A stretch of 64,000 bases of DNA from Octopus bimaculoides (lineage: Eukaryota), in the NCBI RefSeq assembly GCF_001194135.2, contig NC_068982.1, positions 121,485,844 to 121,549,843 on the forward strand, given 5' to 3'. The notes below the pieces were generated by a model. The model did no database searches, was not told where the DNA came from, and worked only from the letters and a program-made list of their open reading frames with translations. The translations under genes and the position numbers were made by a program. Each line of letters starts with the position of its first letter. The stretch's first letter is position 1. Below are positions 1 through 13,740 of the stretch, one piece after another.

Positions 1-1159
1 TATAAAAATCCGAGAAAACAAGTTGTAAAAATACTAATAAAATTATCTAAATATGCTAAGGAGACATAAATAGTCATGAATATTTTTCTGGGATATTGTG
101 TTGATTTTATTTAGATCTTTACAAACCACTACAAATCATACAAGTATAAAACTATGAAAAAGAAAAATTAAATATGGAAATATTTTATTTACATAAATAA
201 AATTCTCTTTAATGTTTAATTTGTGATAGAAAAAGATACAAAATGCATTTGATCATCCCTGTTTTTAATCAGGTTTGCCTGTGTTTTGGAGCTATCATTT
301 CAATGGATTATTCCTTTGGAAAAAAAAAAGAAATACAAATGATGTGGTGTGGTACATTGCAGAAATAGTAGCAATAGTAAGACAGTAGATAAAAGGTAAT
401 GTAGTATCTAGTTGTGTGTGTGTGTGTGTGTGTGTGTGTTTGGCATGTGGCTGTGCATAGGTAGCTATAGAATAAAATCCAAACTATGGCTTCATGTAGC
501 TAACTGAATTAATATTAACGTTTCTCATCAAATGTGAAGCAGCTTTACACTGACTGAAGATTGCTAGAATCAATTCAGAAACATGCATGAAACCATGGTG
601 TAGCTAAAGTTACATGACTATCACTATATGCACTACATCATAGTTTTATATTATGCAATTTAATACACACACATAACCCAGGCGCAAGCCATGACCAACC
701 CAGCTTTATATTTCAGATATAGTGTATCTAAGACTGCACAATTCTATATTTGTATTTCCTGTTTTAAGATGCCATGATGTGATTTGATGGAGATTTGGCT
801 GCTCATTTGCTCACAGAAGGAAATAAATGTTAAGAAATTTTAAACAATTGAATATCTTCTACAGAGAAGAGCTAGACTGAAATAATTTCCCTATTTGTTC
901 AGAGTGGCATAACATTTGCCAAAATTGTAATTTTACGTTAGGAATTTAGCTGCCATGTCACAGCTGTCAGATATCATTGACATAAACCATATTTGGAAAT
1001 GTCAGTTGATTTTCCTTTAAAAATCATGTTTATTCTGACGTAAACCACTTCTTTTACTTCTCTCTCACCTTCACATCACTCTCAGCTGTGTCTCATTCCT
1101 TAGACACTGTGGCAACCATCTTCTTCAGTCTGTCTTCTTTAAAACTGTATTGAGACATA

Positions 1160-1745
1160 ATTGCACATGTGAGTGTGTAATAATACACAAGTGTGTAATG
1201 ACATATATGAGTGTGTCATAATATGTGTGTGTATGTAATGATATATATGTGTGTGTAATAGTATATATAGATATGTACGGGTGAGTAATAGCATATATAG
1301 GTCTATATGTGTGTAATAACATACATAAATGAGTAATAATACACACAGGTGCATAATAACGTATCTGGGTGTGTAATAACATATATGGGTTTATAATGAC
1401 ATATGGGTATGTGTAATAACATTCACAAATGTGTAATAATATTCTTGAGTATGCAGTAATATGCATGAATGTATCATAATATTCACGGATGTGTAACGAA
1501 ATACCTGAGAGTATATCCAACATACATGTGTGTATAATGACATATATGGAAGTTTAATAATAGTTGAGTATGTAATAATAAACATGGATATGCAATAGCA
1601 TACACAAATGTGTAATAACATTGATGGGTATGTAATAACATACAGTAGTGTAACACAGATGATAGTATTATAGTGTAAATGGAAGCATATAGTAATATAA
1701 CAACATACATGGTAGTGTGTTACAACATACATGAGTGGTTAATAA
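1160..1745. repeat. Degenerate minisatellite of about 22 bp (gtgtgtaataacatacatatga-like); a satellite patch at about 2140-2310
   Basis: Recurrent gtgtaataac at about 22-nt spacing. It generates the spurious Y/H/T-rich ORFs. Confidence 0.75.
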
Positions 1746-2493
1746 TATTCCTGGGTGTGCAATGTTCTTATTTAGCCTCAGGTAAAACTTGATTGGGCAG
1801 ATTATCCTAAATACAGAGAATCCAGAGCCACATTTTCAATGTTCTTTTTCAAGATAATAGTATATGATTTATCCCTTTAGCATTCAGATTACTGTCATAT
1901 GTAATACTTATTTACTCACATTCCTTTGAATTAATCATGCATTACCTCATAGCTTTGAGAGTTTGATGATGTGACGGTTTATTTTTAGATTGACATTGTA
2001 AGGGAGGTACGAGAGGCCAGATCTGGCCAGTTTAAAATAAGTAGAACATTTGAGCCTGATATGGCTGGTTAAAATACTAAAGGGTTAAGGGAATGCTTCC
2101 TGTAAATAAAATACCATGTAGTGCTCCTTTGTTGGCTTAGTGGATGTGGGTGTATAATAACATACATGTGCAATAATATACATGGATATATATTAAAATA
2201 AATAAGTACATAATATCAAATGTGGGTGTGTACCATGCTACGCTAATATTCATGGGTGTAATATACATAAGTATGTAATAACATACATGGGTATGTGAAT
2301 CTACCCCATGACATGCACACATTAACTTGATCAAGAGAAAAAGGACAACATCCATGACTTTTACAGCCTTTCACCCACTGAACTGACAAGATCTTTGCAT
2401 TTGATACCCTGTCTGACTATCTACAGGTCTATAATGGGAGGCAAGGTTCACGATATTGGATGAATATCACCTTCTCCCATTAAAATTGTTCTT

Positions 2494-2932
2494 TGTGTTG
2501 TTTCAGGCTCCAGCAGGTGAGGAAAGTAGTCTCAAGTGGAAATGCAAATTCACAACCAGTTTTATTTACATAGTTACACAGAATAAATGAAATGTGTCGC
2601 TCTCAGTAGGCCATCTCAAGCTGTGTATGTTTCATTGTATCTCTGTAAACGCGGGCCCATCACCTCTGGAGATACGATGTGCAGACAGGACTAGCCAGGA
2701 GACCCAGCCAGCGAATATGTGTGTTTAGCAAGCGCTTGCGGTGAAGAAGAGATAGAATCTGTTTGTTGAGCCCTTATATCCAGTTTGCCATCGCGAGCCT
2801 CATTGTGATCTCATGCATGGCAAATGAATGCAGGTAAGATCTCGCTCCAGTCTTGGAGATGGCAATGGTTGCCAGCGAGATCTCATCCAATATGGAACTG
2901 ACTGTTTGTGCTGCTACGGGTCAATATCTACA
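2494..2932 (-). mobile_element. Possible solo LTR
   Basis: GC/CpG-richer island with TG...CA ends and a minus-strand AATAAA near 2561-2566. No target-site duplication found. Confidence 0.3.
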
Positions 2933-3854
2933 GAGAAAACAAAGTTATTGAAAGACCCAAAAATACTAAACCAAATGCTTGCTGCTGAGTAAAATTATGT
3001 ACATCCAAGGAGCAAGTGTTGCTCTTAAACTAGGAGTATGTGATGCGAGTTATATGGGTTTGTAAAATATATAGATGACACACTCTCCTGTTGATGACAG
3101 CATGAGTGCATTCTGTTATTGTGCTATTGTGTTATATCACAAAATGTAGAGTGTGATATAGTGTGTGAAGGTGCATAGCAATCTTTAGGTTGTGAGTTCA
3201 GTTCTTGGTGGTGCATTGAGTCCTTGAACAAGATACTTTATTTCAAGTTTCTCCAGTCCATACAGATAGCAAAACTTAGAATCATAATGCTTACCAGAAC
3301 TTCTTAACTACATGGTTATTCCAATACTTGGATATTACTTCAAAAACATCTCTGGGAACTCTGGAACCTGTTTATTTTTTTATGCTCTTTCATCTATTAT
3401 CCCTATATAAACTAGTCACACTATAGCCATAATCCCATCAGTTACCCTTATGCAAAACCACTATTTTTTTTTACCCTACTGCAATATCTTCTATTCTTGT
3501 CATGTAGCTAACTATATAACTGTAAACCCTCTCCACCCAAACTCATACATCTAACCTATCTCTCCTCCTACCATCACTTCCATAGTTTCTCCCCTCCCAC
3601 CATAATTTTCACAGTATCTCACTCCTGGCACCCTTCTTTATTTATCCTCTTTCTCTCACTCTCCATGAATTTTTTCCTCTCATCTTCCACACAAATATTT
3701 TTCTTACTTTAGAACTCCAGTCTTCTCCCATCATTCACATTCCAACAGACAGTGACTTTGAAATGTTCAAGTTGGAAGTCAGCAACATCATTTCCACAAA
3801 ATCTCATACTCTTTTCCTTCAATATTAGCATATAAATGTTACTTCTCTGCACAC

Positions 3855-4960
3855 TATGGATCATCCCATACATATGCACAAATATTCTCTAAGGATTGGT
3901 ACCGAATCCTCTCTGAATCACTTCTACATGCTCTATCTATCACTCCCATATACTCTATGGATCCCATATGTTCTATGGATCACTCCTATATGCATTATAG
4001 ATCACTCCCACATCTCTTTTACTCTTTTACTTGTTTCAGTCATTTGACTGCAGCCATGCTGGAGCACCGCCTTTAGTCGAGCAAATCGACCCCAGGACTT
4101 ATTCTTTGTAAGCCTAGTACTTATTTTATCGGCTCTTTTGCTGAACTGCTAAGTTATGGTGACGTAAACACACCAGCATCGGTTGTCAAGCGATGTTTGG
4201 GGGGAAAAACACAGACACACAAACATACACACACACACACANNNNNNNNNNNNNNNNNNNNNNNNNNNNNNNNNNNNNNNNNNNNNNNNNNNNNNNNNNN
4301 NNNNNNNNNNNNNNNNNNNNNNNNNNNNNNNNNNNNNNNNNNNNNNNNNNNNNNNNNNNNNNNNNNNNNNNNNNNNNNNATATATATATATATATACATA
4401 TATACGACAGGCTTCTTTCAGTTTCCGTCTACCAAATCCACTCACAAGGCTTTGGTCGGCCCGAGGCTATAGTAGAAGACACTTGCCCAAGATGTCACGC
4501 AGTGGGAATGAACCCGGAACCATGTGGTTGGTAAGCAAGCTACTTACCACACAGCCACTCCTGCACTGGAATCACTTTCACATGTTCTATAGTTAGCTTC
4601 AATATACTCTATAGATCATTCTTGTATGCTCTATGATCTTTCCTGCATGGTCTATGATCACCTTTGCATGCTCTATAGATGACTTCTACATGCTCTAAAG
4701 CTTACTCACCCTGATCTGTAAGTCACTGTCATATTTCCTCTGAATCATTCACATATGATCTAGAGATCATTCACCCATACACTACAAATCATTCTCACAT
4801 GTTTTTTGGATCACTTCTACATACACTATAATGTATACATCACACCCACATGTTCTATGGATAACTTCCATATTCTTTATGTAAAATCACTTCCACATGT
4901 CTGTTGATCATTCCTATATTCTAGATTACTTACACATTCTCTAAGTATAAATCACTCCTA
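3855..4960. repeat. Degenerate minisatellite of about 22 bp (atgctctatggatcactcc-like), split by a SINE
   Basis: Recurrent ctatggatca / ctatagatca units on both sides of the SINE. Confidence 0.7.
4023..4562 (-). mobile_element. SINE family A (spans an N gap), inserted into a 22-bp minisatellite
   Basis: Reverse complement of the family A head and tail. Confidence 0.85.
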
Positions 4961-7359
4961 CATAATCAGCTGAGTACTTCTTTATTATAGCAAAACCCCG
5001 TCAGAGCTGGCAAGATCTATGAAACTACAACAGTAGTTGACTGCAGTAATAGACTGCATTGACTGCAATAACTGGTACTTATTTTGTCAACCTCAAAAAG
5101 ATGAACAGCAAAGTCAACCATGGCAGGATTCCACCTTGCAATGTATTGATGTAACTAAATATTGTTAGACGTTTGGTAAGTGCCTTAAACATTTGGCAGG
5201 ATTTCAACTCATAATGTAAATTGTCATAATTAAATACTTTGAGGCAAGATACTTTACCACTTCTGTCAACTCACTGTTCAGCCTTCTAACCAAGTATCAA
5301 TTTATTTGAACTGAATAGTTAAACTTGCCAAAACAAAAATCACCCTTGACTTCCACCAAAGGCCATAATTTCTACCCTTACTTTTCAGACTAGCTTTAAG
5401 AAAATAGTATTGTTCACCTGAAATCAATTTTTAATTAACTTTTTTCACCTGAAGCATCTTTCATTCACTTCTCAACTAAAGTCAATAATAAAAGTATCGG
5501 ATTATATTTTCCGATATATCAACATATATTCTGCCAATATAGCCAACAGTAGATTAGAGTTTCATTTCACTTATAAGACTTCTTAAATCTATAAACCAGA
5601 AACAAATTTATCTGAAAACTATTCTACTCTTAAAAAGAATTCAAACTTATAAAAGAGATGCTTTTTAAATGATGTTATCCAACAGACAATTGAAGTCTGG
5701 ACAGCTCCCTGGCTGGCTAAGTCCATGTCAAACAGTCCAACCCATGCCAGCATGGAAAAAAAGACGTTAAATGATGATGATGATGATGATGGTGTTCTTT
5801 CAATTATTTAAAGATTTGGAAGTTTTTACAACATTATCCTTAACACTGTCATCCTACAGAAGATTGTGTTTTGGGATTCATTCTTGGCAAAACAAGTGTT
5901 CTCTAATTCTTCGTTTAAATACAGACAAAATTCATTGGCTAAACAAATTTTTGTCCAAAATTCGAAGACATAGCTGTCATTTTGTCTCAAGCCATTTCTT
6001 ATCCAGCAGAATTATAATTAAAAGTTTTCACCCATGGCAATCCAAGAGAAATTTTTACACAGTACTCACACTAGCTTACCTAGTCACTGCACATCATGAC
6101 TGTGATGCATATTTATATTCTAAATTCACCCCATCCCACCTGATTAATTCTAAATCATCCAGAGGAGGAGCAGTGTTTACAACTTTGGGTTCAATGTAAG
6201 CTTATAGTTCATAGTCTTAAGTTCCTTGTAATTTCATACGCTAAGAATACTTTTCACGTAATTGCATGTAGTTCATATCAAAGGGCAATTATTTTACTGT
6301 ATCTCTTGTTTGCATAGTCTGTCATATAGTTGCAGCTAGTGGTATGGGAATTTATTATTCTCTTTGCATCTACTGATAATATCCAAATGTCTGGAGTTTT
6401 TCATGAGTCTGTTTTCTTTTTTGACACAAGTAATCTATTTTGGTTATGTATTATCATTTTAATCAAACTCTGTTACTACATCTATTGGCAGACAGTAATT
6501 GCAACACAATTGAGTGGGACATTCAATGCCCTAAAGCTGCAAGCTTCAATTTGTGTTAGGTGTTCTTTAACAACTTGAGTGATCACAGATAACATCAAGT
6601 CTGTAGGTTTTCTGTTGACTCAGGTCATAATCATTCTTTCATACAGTGGTTTGTTGATGTACATAGTGAAGTTCTGCTTAAATCTTGCTGTGAGCTGTGT
6701 TTTGAGCTGTTTGTATTCTTCACTCATTTCTATACATTTGTTAGCATGTCCATGTAATGTCAGCAGCCCTATCTTTGCATTATTGTAATAATTTTTGCTT
6801 TGCTTATTTTTAGTATCTTTTTTGAGAACAGAATTCACTGGGTTGTTGATAATGTTATTTGCTGCACATTTTTTAATAGTTTTTGTTGTTGTTGTTACTG
6901 AGTAATGTAACCTATTTCTTCTCAAGTAACATAACTGACTGCTGTAATTGTTTAACATTGAACAGTAAATGGACCTTTGACATCTCAGGGGTTCATCATC
7001 TCCCCTTGGTCAATAACCAAGAGATTTTCCCTCACATTTCTATAGAAGTGATACAATTTCCGATTCAGTTTAAAAGTCCACTGGAACTTCTGTTGATGGT
7101 ATCACCACTTTGATAGCTTAATCCTATTTCTAGTCTTCCCGTGGGCTACATTGTAAAAATTACCAGTTTAAGTTCACCTCTTGATTACTGCCATGATTTT
7201 TCTCTAAAAAATGTGCTTTTTAGCATTTTTTAAAAACACATTTGTATAATGATAAAAGCTTTTAGGAATAGAAATCAGTACAGAAAAGAATGCTTTTCCC
7301 CCTTTGCCAACATGACTGACTTCAATGTTATGTATGAATACATGAATATATATATGTCT

Positions 7360-7715
7360 TTATTCAGTTTCATTTCAAGATTTCTTACCGATAGAGAAAG
7401 ACCCCGTTTCTAACCTAGATCCAAGGTTCTTTCATTGGAATTTCAACAACATCAACAGGGTATTATTGTACGTATGCATACATGCAGATCTGTATATTTT
7501 GTTCTATGTTTTGTTTTAGTTGCAACTCTAGACATGCTATACTTAAATGATAAACTTCTGCAAAGTTTTACAGATTTTTACAGTTCCAGTGATGGCTTGG
7601 TTCTGTTGTCCTTCTCCTTTCAGCTTTCTCCTTTTGGGTTTTGAGAAGCTTAATTACTCGAGATTGGTATAAAGGCAGTGTGTTATATATCTGAGTGCTC
7701 CAATAATTACAGGTA
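7360..7715. repeat. Dispersed repeat of about 330 bp, second copy at about 51820-52195
   Basis: Shared blocks ttcaagatttctt..gtttctaacctagat..ggaatttcaac and aagttttacagatttttacagttccagtgatgg. Confidence 0.75.
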
Positions 7716-8059
7716 TGTATGTATGCATGTATGTATGTATGTATGTATGGAAGTATATGCATGCATGCACACACATGCATACGTGCACGTGCGTGTGAGT
7801 GTGTGAGTATGTGTATGTATGTGAGTGTACATTTGTACATATGTATATGTATTCAGAATAGAACTCATTCAAAAAGAGATCAAAATGACTGAAAATAAAA
7901 AGTAAAATGCTGCTTACTATCACACCTTTACTTTGTATGTGTCTCTGCTTTCATATATACATCCTAGTACTTGACTGATATGCTATTTTATTTTGCTCTT
8001 AGCAGGATTTGAATTCAGATCATAAAGATCCACAATAAATACCACTCTAATGCCACCTC

Positions 8060-8114
<55 letters not shown>

Positions 8115-8308
8115 TAGAAAGGATTGAGGTAACTCCTCCTGAAGATATAGAGTCAAAATTTAAAGAAGAGTGCCATTTGCTATCTTGTGAACAATATTTC
8201 GACATGAAAATGAAGTAGATTGACAAATTTATTTTTTGAACCAGTGGAAGACACGCAAGATGTCAAAATATTGTTCACGAGATAGCAAATGGCACTCTTC
8301 TTTAAATT

Positions 8309-8340
<32 letters not shown>

Positions 8341-8341
<1 letters not shown>

Positions 8342-9235
8342 CTTGAAGAGGAAAAGAACACAAAAAAAGAAACAGCATGGAAGGAGAAAAAAATGTATGG
8401 TCAGTTTGCAAGAAATACAAATGCTAAGACAGATACAGAAGACCAGTGGCTGTGGATGAGGAGGAGTGACCTGAAGACAGAGACAGAAGCAGTTATGTGC
8501 ACAGCAAAAGAACAAACATTAAGGACTCAGTATGTGAAATGCAGAATTGACAACACTACCAACAGCAACAAATACAGAATGTGTGGTGAGAGGGGTGAAA
8601 CAGTATGGCACATCATTAGCAAATGCTTGAAAGTGGCACAATACAAATACAAAAGATAACATGACAACATTGTAAGAATGATCCATTTGGAGCTCTGGAA
8701 ATTACGGCCTACAAAGAGAAAAGATGTGGTGTGAACAAACCCTCAGAAGGAGTCACCGAGAATGAAGACTGCGAAATCCTGTTGGATGCAACAATTCAGT
8801 GTGATCACCTGACCAGACATTGGACACTGGACATTGTTGTGGTGAATAATAAAGAAAAAACTTGCATGATAATTGACATAGCATGTCCCAATAACAACAG
8901 GATCAAAGAGAAAGAAGGGGAAAAACCGAACGATTACTAGGATTTGAAGTGGGAAATACAAAGGTTGTGGTCAATCAGAAGAGTAGATGTGGTACCAATA
9001 GTAATTGGTGCACTTGCAAGCATCGGCACTCAACTACCAACATGGCTCAAAGAGATTGGTGCAAATGTTAAGATAGAACACTTACAAAAATCAGCACTGC
9101 TTGGAACTGCAAGAAATCTTTGCAGGGTTCTTGAACCATGACCTGTGAACAAGTATCACCTAAGTCTGCTGGCTGTGGACAGCTGATACTTTCCATCATA
9201 CCCAGGAAAATAAGCTGAGAGTTTTCATAAAATAA
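8341..9235 (+). mobile_element. R4/Dong-like non-LTR retrotransposon 3' end (CCHC knuckle plus restriction-like endonuclease), decayed
   Basis: CRMCGERGETVWHIISKC, RHDN, (P)DIVVV...IIDIACP and VPIVIGALASI...LQKSALLGTAR. Bounded by (TAA)n on both sides. Confidence 0.8.
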
Positions 9236-9259
9236 TAATAATAATGCTAGAGTCAAATG

Positions 9260-10575
9260 AATAAGAAGATAAAAAATAATAAACCAGATATAACAATAAT
9301 AGGCCAGGAAAAGCAAATTTGCTTACTATTTGATTCCAGGATTATGAAGAAAGAAGATGAAAAATTTAAAATAACAAAACAATCCCATAAAATTTTGAAT
9401 TGCAAGAATTTGGAATATCATACTGTATTAATTGGTGCATTAGGGACTGTGAGCGATGTTATAGACATATAGTTGAGAGATTGGAATGGAATGTCCAGTA
9501 GAACTTCTGCAAGAAGTTTGCCTCTTTGGAACAGGAAAGATTATCAGTAGGGTTTTGAGCATTTGAAAGATTATTGAAAGTTTGTGGATATCAAAGATTA
9601 CAAGTAGTAACCCACTACCCACATAAATTCTACTAGGAATAAGACCAATCCTGAGTCAAGTTCAATAATAATAGAACAGGTGATAAAGCGCATGATAGGA
9701 GAAAAGGACAAGAATAAAATACAAAGAGAGCATGTCAGACAGTTCAAAGAGAAACCTCTGCATGGTTAATTTTGGAGAGCCACTGAAGATGTATAAGGAA
9801 CAAAATCCTAGGCTTGGTTGAATAAAGAGGCAATTAAAAAAAGAAACAGAGAGCCTAATTGTAGCAGCTCAAGATCAAGCGATAAAGACAAACAACTTGA
9901 GAGAAAATATGTATGGAGAGAATGTGTCAGAAAAATATAGAGCCCGCGGAATGAAATAGTGGCATACATTGTGACAGAATGCCCCAAGTTGGCACAGGAA
10001 GAATATAAGAAATGGAGGCACGACCAGGTTGTAAAAATTTTACACTGGAAACTGCCAGAAATGGGGATTCGAAGCTGGAAACACATGGTACAATCATCAA
10101 GTTGAAAGAGTACTGGTGTCAGTAAAATGTAAGATTTTGTGGGACTTACCTATTCAAACGGACAAGAAGTTAGAAAATAATAGGTCAAACATAACAATTA
10201 TAGATAAGAAATAGTGAAATTTCTTATCGACCAATCATGCCTGTTTGATTCCAGGATTGTAAAGAAAGAGGCAGAAAAACAAAAAAAATACAATCCCTTA
10301 AAATTTGAAATAGGAAAAATTTGGAGCATGTGAACTGTAAAGGTCTTGCTATAATAACTGGTGTGTTGGGAACAGTAAGCAAAGATATAGATAAATGGCT
10401 GAAGGGGATTGAAATAGAATGCCTGCTAGATCTCCTACAGAAAGTTTATCTCTTAGGGACAGCAAGAATTATCAGGAGGGTTCTAAACTCTTGAATGACT
10501 GCTGAAAACTTGTGAATACAGGAAGTAACCCGCTACCTACATAAATCCTACCAGAAATAAGACCAAACCTGAGCC
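9260..10575 (+). mobile_element. Two further decayed R4/Dong-like 3' fragments in tandem
   Basis: KPDITII...IGALGTV (9260-9650). SWLNK...ETESLIVAAQDQAI...HIVTECPKLAQEEYKKWRHDQV...GTARIIRRVL (9790-10495). Confidence 0.7.
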
Positions 10576-11499
10576 AAGCCAAAATGATAATAGTACTAAT
10601 AATAAATAAATGATAATAATAATCAAATAAATAAATAATTAAATAAGCAATTTTCAAAGTGTTGCAAACATTTCCTTGTCCACATGGGTGAAGGTATGTG
10701 ACCTAGTGGTTAAGATATTGCACTCTTGATTGTAAGATTGTGGTTTCACTTCTCAGATAAGGCAGTACATTGTGTTCTCGAACAGAACACTTTATTTTAT
10801 TTTACTCAGCTGTAAATGAGTTCCAACTGTCCTGTTTAGTGGAGAGTAATTGTAATTTCAGTCAATTATACACCATGGAAATTGGGTTAAACTTTCGCTT
10901 CAGGAAATGTAGGGATCATGACAGACTTATGTCTAAGTATGCTAACATGGACTTAGACTATTACATCTAAGTATTAATATTAATGATTAATGCGCTGTAT
11001 GGAAATAAGAGAAATGGGAATTCAACACCATTCCATGTAGATTTGGACTTGTGTTGAATTCTTAATTCTTTTACATCTGGATGATACATTAATTATCAAT
11101 ATTAAGACTTGCACTTGGTTGGTAGACTGGTAGAATCATTAGCATGCCTGATAAAATATTTAGTGACATTTCGTCCATCTTTATGTTCTGAGTTCAAATT
11201 CCGCCAAACTTGACTTCACCTTTCATGTTTGCAGGGTCAATTAAATAAGTACCAGATGAGCCCTGGGGTTGATGTGATTAACTTAGCCCCTCCCTTGAAA
11301 TTACTAGCCTTGTGCCCAAATTTGAAACAAATATTAAGACTTAAACTATCTCATTAATATTCCATGGTACAAGTGCCACTTTAAGGTTGTTGTACTTAGA
11401 ACTTATTTATATAAACGTGGTTTGCCTTTTTTTTCTCTCTTTTCTGGCTTCAGTAAAAATTTACATATTTGTTTACCTTTTAACAGAACCACTTAGTGA

Positions 11500-11931
11500 T
11501 GGCACCACTGTTCGGGCATGATCGTTACCAGTGTCACCTTCCTGGCACTTGTGCCGCAGCTTCATGTTCCTGGCACTTGTGCCGCAGCTTCATGTTCCTG
11601 GCACTTGTGTCGGTGGCACATGAAAAGTCATTCGAGCGAGATCGTTGCCACTGCTGCTGGACTGGCTCCAGTGCAGGTGGCACGTAAAATACACCATTTT
11701 GAGCATGGCTGTTGCCAGTACTGCCTGACTGGCCTTCGTGCCGGTGGCACGTAAAAGCACCCACTACACTCTCAGAGTGGTTGGCATTAAGAAGGGCATC
11801 CAGCTGTAGAAACTCTGCCAGATCAGATTGGAGCCTGGTGCAGCCATCTGGTTCACCAGTCCTCAGTCAAATCGTCCAACCCATGCTAGCATGGAAAGCG
11901 GACGTTAAATGATGATGATGATGATGATGAT
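11500..11931 (+). mobile_element. RTE 3'-UTR copy with an internal 28-bp tandem duplication (11541-11610)
   Basis: ...ccaacccatgctagcatggaaagcggacgttaaa(tga)n. Related copies lie near 5720-5790, 23040-23280, 29800-29932, 34920-35060, 37310-37420 and 39360-39590. Confidence 0.85.
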
Positions 11932-13194
11932 TGCAGAAAAACTGGCATAAGAAGGCTTTTATTGCCATCTCCTGAACACCAAAAAAATCAAGGATACAAG
12001 ATAAATTTTTGATCAATGAACTGAAGTGATCTGAATGCAGGCAGGTGAATAATTCTCTTAATAACTCTAAATTTGATATATGATGTTGTAATTATGATAT
12101 CTATCAGGGGAATCAGCAGCAGAATATTAGATATCATGTTATGTATAGTTTACTTTTATTTTTGTTAGTGTTGTTGACTTGTTGCAGTTTTACTATAGAA
12201 TGGGACAACTGGGCACAACTGTTTGGGTGCTAAACTATTTTGGTGATGACACTTTTAATGATATACATTTTGCATTGAAAGCAGACACACACACACACAC
12301 ACACACACACATGGAAACACACATATACAAAAAGAAGGAGAGAGAAAGAGAAACATTAATAGACTACACTTGGTAAAAAAGAGATAGAGAAGCAAAGGGG
12401 AAGAGAAAAACTCTTAAATGGATTGAAAAATTAACCTAATAGACACAAACACGAAAACATCTGTCTCTACATACACAAAAAAATATATGCATACACATGA
12501 AGACAGAGTGAGAAAGAGAGAGAGAGAGANNNNNNNNNNNNNNNNNNNNNNNNNNNNNNNNNNNNNNNNNNNNNNNNNNNNNNNNNNNNNNNNNNNNNNN
12601 NNNNNNNNNNNNNNNNNNNNNNNNNNNNNNNNNNNNNNNNNNNNNNNNNNNNNNNNNNNNNNNNNNNNNNNNNNNNNNNNNNNNNNNNNNNNNNNNNNNN
12701 NNNNNNNNNNNNNNNNNNNNNNNNNNNNNNNNNNNNNNNNNNNNNNNNNNNNNNNNNNNNNNNNNNNNNNNNNNNNNNNNNNNNNNNNNNNNNNNNNNNN
12801 NNNNNNNNNNNNNNNNNNNNNNNNNNNNNNNNNNNNNNNNNNNNNNNNNNNNNNNNNNNNNNNNNNNNNNNNNNNNNNNNNNNNNNNNNNNNNNNNNNNN
12901 NNNNNNNNNNNNNNNNNNNNNNNNNNNNNNNNNNNNNNNNNNNNNNNNNNNNNNNNNNNNNNNNNNNNNNNNNNNNNNNNNNNNNNNNNNNNNNNNNNNN
13001 NNNNNNNNNNNNNNNNNNNNNNNNNNNNNNNNNNNNNNNNNNNNNNNNNNNNNNNNNNNNNNNNNNNNNNNNNNNNNNNNNNNNNNNNNNNNNNNNNNNN
13101 NNNNNNNNNNNNNNNNNNNNNNNNNNNNNNNNNNNNNNNNNNNNNNNNNNNNNNNNNNNNNNNNNNNNNNNNNNNNNNNNNNNNNNNNNNNNNN

Positions 13195-13234
<40 letters not shown>

Positions 13235-13324
13235 GCTCTTGTACTGTATTGAACCTGTACTACACAATTCAGCCTTATTATATTATCTTCTGATTTCACC
13301 TGAGAATAAATAATGTTAAAAATA

Positions 13325-13740
13325 TAGGAGTGGCTGTGTGGTAAGTAGCTTGCTTATGAACCACATGGTTCTGGGTTCAGTCCCATTGCGTGGCATCTTG
13401 GGAAAGTGTCTTCTACTATAGCCTCGGGCCGACCAAAGCCTTGTGAGTGGATTTGGTAGACAGAAACTGAAAGAAGCCCGTCATATATATGTATATATAT
13501 ATATGTATGTGTGTGTATATGTTTGTGTGTCTGTGTTTGTCGCCCTAACATCGCTTGACAACCGATGCTGGTGTGTTTACCTCCCCTTTACTTAGCGGTT
13601 CGGCAAAAGAGACTGATAGAATAAGTACTAGGCTTCCAAAGAATAAGTCCTGGGGTTGATTTGCTCGACTAAAGGCGGTGCTCCAACATGGCCACAGTTA
13701 AATGACTGAAACAAGTAAAAGAGTAAAAGAGTAAAAGAGT
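13325..13740 (+). mobile_element. tRNA-headed SINE family A (central TA/TG microsatellite, (GTAAAAGA)n tail)
   Basis: ggagtggctgtgtggtaag...gggttcagtccc head; ends actgaaacaagtaaaagagtaaaagag. Confidence 0.85.

Noticed and set aside
1160-1745. Regularly spaced short repeats as a CRISPR-like array
   Set aside because: Eukaryotic context, degenerate units and no unique spacers; this is a minisatellite.
13325-13400. tRNA-like A/B boxes at SINE heads
   Set aside because: They are SINE promoters and do not form a complete cloverleaf, so no tRNA gene is called.
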